A DNA stretch of 62,699 bases from an uncultured Candidatus Saccharibacteria bacterium. Its GTDB lineage: Bacteria; Patescibacteriota; Minisyncoccia; Phycocordibacterales; DATGWK01. The notes beneath the pieces were generated by a model. It was not told the origin of the DNA. It worked only from the letters and a program-made list of their open reading frames with translations, and did no database searches. Location: the NCBI GenBank assembly GCA_964456405.1, contig CAYVZB010000004.1:1-62699 (forward strand). The letters run 5' to 3'. The translations under genes and the position numbers were made by a program. Below are positions 55,597 to 62,699 of this stretch, in pieces (position 1 is the stretch's first letter; every line of letters begins with the position of its first letter).

Positions 55597-57289
55597 ATCT
55601 ACTTTCACCGTTGTTCTTGTTCTTCTGACTCTTTGCCTAGGTTTTGGATTTGCTTCGACTGCAGAAGCAGCCAGTCTTTATCTTTCGCCGTCGTCTCCAA
55701 GCTCTTCAGTGGGAAATATCACAACTCTTAAGGTTCTTGTTGATACCCAAGGAAAAGCAATTAACAACTCAGATGGAATCATCCAATTTCCAACAGATTC
55801 ATTAGAGGTTTTATCTATTAGCAAGAATCAATCGATTTTTACGATTTGGGTAGAGGAACCAAGGTTTTCCAATACTGATGGAACAATTACTTACAACGGA
55901 GGCGTTCCAAACCCCGGCTATACTGGAGCTGCTGGTGAAATCCTCACAGTAACCTTTAAGGCAAAGAAGCAGGGCCCAGCGTCAGTCATTTTTTCTGATT
56001 CAACTGTGCGCGAAAATGACGGCTACGGAACCGATATCCTTGTAGGAAAGCTTCCTGCTGTTATTAATGTTGGACAGGCGGTAGTGGATGCGCCTGCCCC
56101 CGCTACGGTTTCTAGTTTGCCACCAAAGCCAGTGGTAAAGTCACTTACCCATCCAGAACAGGATGGATGGTACTCGGAAACAACGGGTACTTTTAGTTGG
56201 GTTGTACCGGCAGGAGTGACATCTCTCCAGACGCTCTTAAGCAAGAATCCAACAGCGGTGCCTGCTATCACGTACGACCGATCAGTTTCTCAGCGAACCG
56301 TTAACAACTTGTCAGATGGAATTTTATACTTCCATGTTCGTTATTTGAACAATGTTGGCTGGGGACCGACAGCGCATTACAAAATTCAGATTGATACAAC
56401 CCCACCCGAGCTTTCTTCACTTCGCGTAGAGGGTGTTGATGGACGTGATGTGGTTACACTTACTGCAAAAGATTCTTTGTCTGGCGTCGAACGCTATGAA
56501 CTCACTGTCGATGACCAAGCTTCAATCGAATTTAAGTCATCAGAAGAAAACCCTCAGTTTGTACTACCTGTTCAAAATCCAAGCACTCATCGTTTAGGTG
56601 TTGTGGCTTTTGATAAGGCTGGTAATAAGGCCGAGATAACGACTTCATTTGATAGTCCACCAATTAAAGAACCAACGATTGATGTTGCTGAGAAGGAAAT
56701 TAGTAATGGAAGGAAGATCACTGTAACTGGTCAGACAGACTATCCAAATTCTGGTGTTGAGGTTTTGGTTCAGATTGGCGATCAACAACTTGGTTTGTTC
56801 CAGGGTGTGACGGCAGAGGACGGCACGTTTACTGTAATTTCTGATGAAATCAGAGAAAGTGGAACCGTCAAGGTTACTGCACAGCTCGTGTTCTCAGAAT
56901 TTGTTAAGAGCCCGTATTCTCAGCCGGTCTTTGTGCAGGTTTCTGATTTCTACGTCATAAAGGTCAGCAAAGAGGTGGTTCGGGTGCTGACATATGTCAT
57001 TCCGGCTGTCTTTATGCTGTTTGCTCTCCTTATACTCGTTTATCTTGGATGGCATAGGTTCTTTAGCCTTAAAAAGCGTTTAAGAAGAGATCTCGATGAA
57101 ACAGCGGCTGGAGTTCATAAGGCTGTTGCAATGTACAAGAGTGAATTGGCGCGACAGCTTGAGAAACTCGAACGAGCACGTGTTGACGATGGCCTCAATA
57201 AAGAAGAAGAAAAGATCTTCAAAGAACTCAAGAACAGTATCGATGACATCGATTTGTTTATCGAGAAAAAACTAAAGAAATTTAAATAG
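55571..57289 (+). CDS. Cohesin-like domain protein with Ig-like modules, TM helix and cytoplasmic coiled-coil tail
   Basis: Start MHHFLVKIKSTFTVVLVLL inside track ORF 55538..57289. SLYLSPSS..VGNITTLKVLVDTQGKAINNSDGIIQFP..LTVTFKAKKQGPASVIF. Confidence 0.65.
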   Translation: MHHFLVKIKSTFTVVLVLLTLCLGFGFASTAEAASLYLSPSSPSSSVGNITTLKVLVDTQGKAINNSDGIIQFPTDSLEVLSISKNQSIFTIWVEEPRFSNTDGTITYNGGVPNPGYTGAAGEILTVTFKAKKQGPASVIFSDSTVRENDGYGTDILVGKLPAVINVGQAVVDAPAPATVSSLPPKPVVKSLTHPEQDGWYSETTGTFSWVVPAGVTSLQTLLSKNPTAVPAITYDRSVSQRTVNNLSDGILYFHVRYLNNVGWGPTAHYKIQIDTTPPELSSLRVEGVDGRDVVTLTAKDSLSGVERYELTVDDQASIEFKSSEENPQFVLPVQNPSTHRLGVVAFDKAGNKAEITTSFDSPPIKEPTIDVAEKEISNGRKITVTGQTDYPNSGVEVLVQIGDQQLGLFQGVTAEDGTFTVISDEIRESGTVKVTAQLVFSEFVKSPYSQPVFVQVSDFYVIKVSKEVVRVLTYVIPAVFMLFALLILVYLGWHRFFSLKKRLRRDLDETAAGVHKAVAMYKSELARQLEKLERARVDDGLNKEEEKIFKELKNSIDDIDLFIEKKLKKFK

Positions 57290-57291
57290 TC

Positions 57292-58041
57292 TTACCGACT
57301 TGGATTGGGAGTAGAAGCTTCTTGGGTCGCATCTTCAATTTTTACAAGGTCATTTCCAATGAGCTCAGCGTACAGGTTTGTTTTTTCGCCAGTTTCTGAA
57401 CTTAATTCAATGATTACGTTTTGATTTTCTATTCTGATTTTTTCGGGTTTGTTTTTGTCTCCTAGAAAGATTAGGTTTGTACCCTCGTGACCATCGGTTG
57501 AACTTATCGCGCTTGTTAGGTAATAAAGCATGCCACGCTCTGCGTCTTTACGACTGATGATGAATGCAACGTCATCTTTACCATCTTGAGAAAGATCACC
57601 GTAGGCTTCCATGCCAAAGAATTTTTCAGGTTTGCGTTCCCGTGATTTCATCACAAGGGCTGGTAGATCGTGATTTTCAACACTTGAAACAAGGCGTTTG
57701 CTACGAATAACATGCTCACCAGTAATAATTATGGTAATTATTACCAAAGCAATAACAATATATTTTGTAGATGTAACAAACTTGATTGCGATTCCGATCA
57801 GGGTTCCATAAAGGGTAAAAACTACAAGGAAAAATGCGAATGTAATGCTAAGCGTTATTGTGTTTGAAATATTTTGACCATATGTAGACAAAATGTGTTC
57901 AAGTACTGGTCGTAATGACACAAATTCAAGAATTCTTCCGATTGTTGCTCCACTACCGATGAGATATGTAATGTATGCAGATAGCGCTGAACCCAGAAGG
58001 AGGCCTAAAACGCCCGTTTCAAGAATATTTGGTTTACTCAT
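57292..58041 (-). CDS. Hypothetical membrane protein with FG-GAP-like loop
   Basis: 249 aa, 4 TM helices, GDLSQDGKDDVAF. Confidence 0.5.
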   Translation of the reverse strand: MSKPNILETGVLGLLLGSALSAYITYLIGSGATIGRILEFVSLRPVLEHILSTYGQNISNTITLSITFAFFLVVFTLYGTLIGIAIKFVTSTKYIVIALVIITIIITGEHVIRSKRLVSSVENHDLPALVMKSRERKPEKFFGMEAYGDLSQDGKDDVAFIISRKDAERGMLYYLTSAISSTDGHEGTNLIFLGDKNKPEKIRIENQNVIIELSSETGEKTNLYAELIGNDLVKIEDATQEASTPNPSR

Positions 58042-58107
58042 GGCAGCATTATAATACCATTAGTCTCGCAGGTTAATTTTTGCTAGACTTGTCTGCGCCA
58101 AATAAAC

Positions 58108-59664
58108 ATGACCAAACATCAGAATAATCGAGATGATGGATCACGGACACCAATTCATATTGGACGTGCCTCCGAGCTCAGGGGAACTGATAGGGTGCTA
58201 TACCGTGCCCTTGAGATTCTACCTGGTGTTTTGGCGTGGGGATCAATTTTTCTTTGTATTTTCTTGTCTTATTTTGCGCCTGTCGCAGCGGCTGTTTTAA
58301 TCATCATTTTCGACTTTTACTGGCTTCTAAAGACAGTGTATCTTTCGACCTACCTTCGCCAAAACTGGCGTCGGATGAGGCATAACCTACACGTCGACTG
58401 GGTCGCAATGTTGAACAATGTGAAATCTGAACACGTGTACCACATGATCCTTTTACCTTTTTACAAGGAAGATATCGGTGTGATCGAAAAGGGTTTGGAA
58501 TCGATACAAAATTCTCGGTATGACAAAAAGAAGTTTTTGATTGTTCTTGCGACCGAAGAAAGAGCTGGTGCGGAATCAATGGCAAAAGCTCAGGCGGCAC
58601 AGAGTAAGTTTGCCCATATTTTTGGTGATTTCATTATCACCACACATCCAAAGGACGTGCCTGGTGAGATGGCGGGTAAGGGTTCAAATATTTCATATGC
58701 AATCGAAGAGGCGCGAACAAAAATTCTCGATTTTAGAGGGATTCCATACGAAGATGTTATTGTTTCGGCTTTTGATATTGATACAGTCGTGTACCCAGAC
58801 TATTTTGCTGCTGTAACCTGGCATTTCTTAACATCAGAGCATCCGTATCGCACGTCTTTCCAGCCCGTGCCTTTGTATAACAACAACATGTGGGACGCAC
58901 CAGCGCTTTCTCGTGTAGTGGCAACCTCTGGAACGTTTTGGCAGATGATTCAGCAAGAACGACCCGAAAAGATCGCGACATTTTCGTCTCATTCTGTTCC
59001 GTTCAAGACTCTATATGACATTGGATATTGGCAGAGGAACATGGTGTCTGAAGATTCCCGAATCTTTTGGAATGCCTTTTTTGCCTATGATGGTCATTAC
59101 AGTGTAACGCCGCTTTCGTATCCAATTTCGCTTGACGCAAACTTGGCGCCGACGTTTTGGCAGACGCTTATTAATATCTACAAACAGCAACAACGTTGGG
59201 GCTGGGGAGTCGAAAATGTGCCATATATTCTCTTTGGCTTAATAAAAAATAAAAAGATTTCGTTCTGGAAGAAGATCCGCGTGGCATTTACACAACTCGA
59301 AGGTTTTTGGTCTCTTTCAACCAATCCAATTATTATTTTTGCATTATCATGGTTGCCACTCATTATCGGTGGTCCGGCTTTTAACACAACCGTTCTTTCA
59401 TACAATTTACCGAGTGTGACGCGTAACCTTATGATCTTGGCAATGTGTGGGCTTGTTTTCTCGGCCATTGTTTCAATGTCCTTTTTACCAAAGAGACCCA
59501 AAACTCATAATCCACTTAAATTTGTGGTCATGATTTTGCAGTGGATTTTGATCCCCATTACTGTTACGGTTTTTGGAGCCATTCCGGGTCTGCACGCACA
59601 AACGCGACTCATGCTTGGGCAGTATATGGGCTTTTGGGTCACGCCAAAACATCGTGCTGACTAA
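58108..59664 (+). CDS. Integral-membrane family 2 glycosyltransferase (processive synthase-like, QxxRW)
   Basis: 518 aa. FDIDTVVYPDYF (D,D motifs), YKQQQRWGWG, N- and C-terminal TM bundles. Confidence 0.75.
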   Translation: MTKHQNNRDDGSRTPIHIGRASELRGTDRVLYRALEILPGVLAWGSIFLCIFLSYFAPVAAAVLIIIFDFYWLLKTVYLSTYLRQNWRRMRHNLHVDWVAMLNNVKSEHVYHMILLPFYKEDIGVIEKGLESIQNSRYDKKKFLIVLATEERAGAESMAKAQAAQSKFAHIFGDFIITTHPKDVPGEMAGKGSNISYAIEEARTKILDFRGIPYEDVIVSAFDIDTVVYPDYFAAVTWHFLTSEHPYRTSFQPVPLYNNNMWDAPALSRVVATSGTFWQMIQQERPEKIATFSSHSVPFKTLYDIGYWQRNMVSEDSRIFWNAFFAYDGHYSVTPLSYPISLDANLAPTFWQTLINIYKQQQRWGWGVENVPYILFGLIKNKKISFWKKIRVAFTQLEGFWSLSTNPIIIFALSWLPLIIGGPAFNTTVLSYNLPSVTRNLMILAMCGLVFSAIVSMSFLPKRPKTHNPLKFVVMILQWILIPITVTVFGAIPGLHAQTRLMLGQYMGFWVTPKHRAD

Positions 59665-59677
59665 GCTATACTAAATC

Positions 59678-60496
59678 ATGCCAAAGTCGTTTTCATACAG
59701 GTTTCGTGTAATCTATTTCTGGCTTTTTGTCCTGATCTTTCTTATTGGTTTCCCAATTCTTGTTTTTTATTCAGCTGGATATACCTGGGATGATAGATTT
59801 GGACTTTCAGTACGTGGTGGTATCTATGTGTTTACGCCAGAACCAGGAACATCGGTATTTATCGGTAACGAGCTCAGAAACGTATCTGGTTTTTTTAATA
59901 AAGAAATTCTTGTTGCAGATTTGAAGCCCGATGAATATTTGGTTCTTGCTACAAATGATACGTTCTGGCCATGGGCAAAGGTTGTTACCGTGAAAAAGGG
60001 TGAGGTTGAAGCTTTGGCGCCGCTTATGGTTCCAAAGGTTATTGATACTGAGGCTGTGCTTCGAACAACTCAACTGCACGCTACTTTGGCTAATCTTTTT
60101 GCCACAAAGACTATTCCAGCCGCTATCAAGAGCACAACTACGCCAGGGGCTTTACTCAAAAAGAATGTAAAAATCTGGTATGTTGGCACAAAACTGTTTG
60201 CAAAATGGGAGGGGAGAGCGGAGGCTGCTCCATCATATTTTTGTGATACGGAGTCTTGTGACAAGCCGATTCAGGTCTTCGAGGCTTATGTGCCGATTAG
60301 GTCTATCGACTTCTACCCATATCGAGACGATGCTATTATTCTAGCGCTTGATAATGGAGTGTATGTTATTGAGATAGATCGCCGACAAACCCAAAATTTC
60401 TATCCGTTATACCGGGGTAATGTGCCAGATTTTAGAGTGTATCGGAATCAGGTATATATCAAAGATAATGATTATATTGCGTTATTAAATGTATAA
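59678..60496 (+). CDS. Hypothetical membrane-anchored beta-rich (PEGA-like) protein
   Basis: 272 aa. N-terminal TM helix. GTSVFIGNE...LKPDEYLVLA resembles PEGA. Confidence 0.45.
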   Translation: MPKSFSYRFRVIYFWLFVLIFLIGFPILVFYSAGYTWDDRFGLSVRGGIYVFTPEPGTSVFIGNELRNVSGFFNKEILVADLKPDEYLVLATNDTFWPWAKVVTVKKGEVEALAPLMVPKVIDTEAVLRTTQLHATLANLFATKTIPAAIKSTTTPGALLKKNVKIWYVGTKLFAKWEGRAEAAPSYFCDTESCDKPIQVFEAYVPIRSIDFYPYRDDAIILALDNGVYVIEIDRRQTQNFYPLYRGNVPDFRVYRNQVYIKDNDYIALLNV

Positions 60497-60499
60497 ACT

Positions 60500-61702
60500 A
60501 TGAGCGAACAACTTTCAGGACTAAAACGAGCAGAGCGTGATGTAAACGCTAAGAGGCCACATGACAGCCTTCTTAAATTCGAGGTTTCAACACCCGAAGC
60601 AATTAAAAAAGCTCTTGAGGTAAAAGATTTGACTCTTGATGATGCCCCAAAGCATGCCATCAATCTTATTGTTAATACCGTTAAGAAAAAACTTGATGGT
60701 GCTGGCTTTGGTGAGATACGAATCATTCGTGGCAATCCAATCGTGACGGTTGAAGACAATTTCGACAAGCTCTTGTTCCCATACGATAACGCTGGTCGTG
60801 CATCTACCTATACTCGATATGTTGATGAAAATCACGTTTTGAGAACACACACCTCTGCTCAGGTTCCCCAGACATTTAAAGAATTTTACAAAGAATTCAA
60901 TGGCGATATTCCTGATACCGTTTTTATTTTTCTTGGCTTGGTATACCGACGTGATGTGATTGATCCGAAACACCTAGACGTCTTTCATCAAATGGATATT
61001 TGGGCGTTGCGAAAGAATGGTGATAGGGGCCCGTTTCGTGATGAAGATTTACTCCGGCTTGTGACGTTGGTGTTTAATTCTGTGCTCCCAGATCAGAAAC
61101 CAATTATTTATAAAGCTGTTCATCCATATACTCACAATGGTATAGAAGTGTATGGAAAATTGGGTAATGCTGAACTTGAAATTCTTGAGGCCGGCTTAAC
61201 ACACACAGAGGTACTTCGTGGTGCCGGCTTTGATCCAGAGTTATATTCTGGCCTCGCATCTGGCTTTGGTCTTGATCGTCTCGTTATGGCCCTTAAAAGT
61301 CTTCCTGATGTTCGCTATTTGCGTTCAGTTGAGCCTCGTATTGCCAAGCAAATGGAGAATACCGAAAAATTCAAGGAAGTTTCAATGATGCCACCGATCT
61401 CTCGTGATATGTCATACACTGTGCCCGGTGACTTTACCGAAGAAGATATTAACGAAGAAATTAAGGATGCGTTTGCTGAGAAAGCCTACTTGGTTGAAAA
61501 TGTGGCAATTCAGTCTCGAACAAAATATGCCGATCTTCCAGAAATTGCCCGGGAAAAGTTGGGAGCTCAACCAGGCCAAGACAACATTCTTGTCCGTATT
61601 ACACTCCGACATCCTGATGTGACTTTAACTAAAAAAGAAGCAAACGAACTCTACGATCAGGCATATCCAAAGTTGCACAAGGGGACTAAGGGATATATTT
61701 AG
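60500..61702 (+). CDS. pheS: Single-chain phenylalanine--tRNA ligase, mitochondrial-type architecture (PheS catalytic core + C-terminal FDX-ACB domain)
   Basis: 400 aa. NFDKLLFPYDN, LRTHTSAQ, motif 2 VYRRDVIDPKHLDVFHQMD, motif 3 SGFGLDRLVMAL, then PPISRDMSYTVP...ILVRITLRHPDVTLTKKE. Confidence 0.85.
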   Translation: MSEQLSGLKRAERDVNAKRPHDSLLKFEVSTPEAIKKALEVKDLTLDDAPKHAINLIVNTVKKKLDGAGFGEIRIIRGNPIVTVEDNFDKLLFPYDNAGRASTYTRYVDENHVLRTHTSAQVPQTFKEFYKEFNGDIPDTVFIFLGLVYRRDVIDPKHLDVFHQMDIWALRKNGDRGPFRDEDLLRLVTLVFNSVLPDQKPIIYKAVHPYTHNGIEVYGKLGNAELEILEAGLTHTEVLRGAGFDPELYSGLASGFGLDRLVMALKSLPDVRYLRSVEPRIAKQMENTEKFKEVSMMPPISRDMSYTVPGDFTEEDINEEIKDAFAEKAYLVENVAIQSRTKYADLPEIAREKLGAQPGQDNILVRITLRHPDVTLTKKEANELYDQAYPKLHKGTKGYI

Positions 61703-61711
61703 GTAACAAAA

Positions 61712-61738
61712 AGGACCCACGAAACGAATGTGGGTCCT
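61712..61738. terminator. Bidirectional hairpin between pheS and the micro-ORF
   Basis: AGGACCCAC (61712-61720) pairs with GTGGGTCCT (61730-61738). Confidence 0.5.
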
Positions 61739-61771
61739 GCGTCTTGAGAAACATATTGGCTGTGTGCGAGA

Positions 61772-61849
61772 TCAGTCCTTGAACGCGCACTGCTCGAGGA
61801 ACTCGGACGGGGTCATGTTGTACAGGGGGATGTAGTCGGTCACGAACAT
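61772..61849 (-). CDS. Possible 25-aa micro-protein
   Basis: Own translation: MFVTDYIPLYNMTPSEFLEQCAFKD*. GGAGAG Shine-Dalgarno 4 nt upstream. GC-rich. Own promoter and terminator. Confidence 0.35.
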   Translation of the reverse strand: MFVTDYIPLYNMTPSEFLEQCAFKD

Positions 61850-61922
61850 GGTACTCTCCACGCTGGGATGATGTAGCACCGAGCATCGCGATCCTCGCGA
61901 TGTACCCGTGTGCTCTGGTATA

Positions 61923-61951
61923 ACTGTATCATGTTAATATAAAACTGTCAA
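61923..61951 (-). promoter_or_regulatory. Near-consensus sigma70 promoter for the micro-ORF
   Basis: Minus strand reads TTGACA-N17-TACAGT. An 8-bp stem CATCGCGA-GGA-TCGCGATG lies in the 5' UTR. Confidence 0.5.
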
Positions 61952-62137
61952 GCACTTTCGCGTATAAAAAACACGTGTCCAAATATGGGGCCAGGTTGAG
62001 CCATTTTTAAGGGTCTTTTATCACCATTTTCACCTTGTTTTAAGAGCTGAATTTTGATAGTATTTTCATATACAAAGAAGCTAAATCGCAAAGGAAAATC
62101 GGCCGAAAATGGTCGATTTAATATTTAAAACGACAAC

Positions 62138-62699
62138 ATGGCTGAAGACAAAAAGAAAAAAGGAAGTACATACGATGCCTCACAGATTTCTGTTCTCGAA
62201 GGTCTCGAGCCTGTGCGCAAGCGTCCCGGAATGTACATTGGTACAACTGGTCCAGACGGTTTCCATCATTTGGTTACAGAAATCTTCGACAACTCTCGTG
62301 ATGAAGCGATGGGTGGTTTTGCTAATGATATTGAGATCGCTTTTCTTCCAAATAACCGTGTTCGTGTTGTAGACAACGGCCGTGGTATTCCGGTTGATAT
62401 CCATAAACAAACAAAAGTTTCAGCTCTCGAAACAATCATGACCACTCTGCATGCCGGAGGTAAATTTGGCGGTGAGGGTTACAAAGTTTCCGGAGGTCTT
62501 CATGGTGTCGGTGCGTCTGTTGTGAATGCTCTTTCTGTTTTTGTAAAAGTAACAGTTCACAAGGACGGTGGCATATATATGCAGGAGTATAGTCGTGGCA
62601 AGCGAAAGGCGGCAGTAAAGAAAATTGGTTCAACAAAGAATAACGGTACGGTCGTTATGTTTGAGCCCGACGAAGAAATCTTTGGTAAGCAAGCGTTTG
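62138..62699 (+). CDS. gyrB: DNA gyrase subunit B, N-terminal 187 codons (runs off window end)
   Basis: Not in ORF track (no stop). Own translation: [98 protein letters not shown]. Confidence 0.95.
   Translation, partial: MAEDKKKKGSTYDASQISVLEGLEPVRKRPGMYIGTTGPDGFHHLVTEIFDNSRDEAMGGFANDIEIAFLPNNRVRVVDNGRGIPVDIHKQTKVSALETIMTTLHAGGKFGGEGYKVSGGLHGVGASVVNALSVFVKVTVHKDGGIYMQEYSRGKRKAAVKKIGSTKNNGTVVMFEPDEEIFGKQAF

Overview
This 62.7-kb window is a compact, mostly co-linear stretch of bacterial chromosome. Everything below was read by hand, so small-element coordinates may be off by 1-2 nt.

Core genes recognisable from the translations: a trxB-like reductase, ftsZ, ftsA, ybeY, rpsU, RNase J, a family-5 solute-binding protein, secG, groES/groEL, lemA, htpX, class Ia RNR (nrdA/nrdB), a cell-wall amidase, a CapA-like protein, gap, rpiB, rpe, split transketolase, a PfkB kinase, class II aldolase, an FAD-linked oxidase, rplY, rpmE, prfA, rpsB, tsf, tatC/tatA, a QxxRW GT2 synthase, a PheRS and the 5' end of gyrB. 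There are also tRNA-Ser(GGA) and tRNA-Thr(UGU). I inferred a Patescibacteria/CPR-type organism from the gene content, the short EF-Ts, the near-absence of Shine-Dalgarno sequences on core genes and the many small membrane-anchored orphan genes. I found no CRISPR array, rRNA or recognisable defence gene.

Most interesting observations:
1. An AT-rich FemAB-like + M23 peptidase cassette looks like a lysostaphin/zoocin-type bacteriolysin-immunity pair. It has a switch-like structured leader, is bracketed by perfect 305-bp inverted repeats, and sits next to a large serine recombinase.
2. A 10-kb surface/export locus lies after tRNA-Thr. It holds a Tat-signal protein, an 886-aa signal-less triple-repeat protein, acidic partners, tatC/tatA, a dockerin protein and two membrane-anchored cohesin proteins.
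3. A 400-aa single-chain, mitochondrial-type PheRS (PheS core fused to an FDX-ACB domain).
4. At least eight GC-rich genes carrying Shine-Dalgarno sequences are inserted between SD-less core genes, most with their own terminator. They include a type IV pilin-like gene and a PEP-CTERM protein.
5. Two families of structured GC-rich intergenic repeats, one showing compensatory base changes.
6. A 78-bp duplicated gap 3' end flanks a small inserted ORF.
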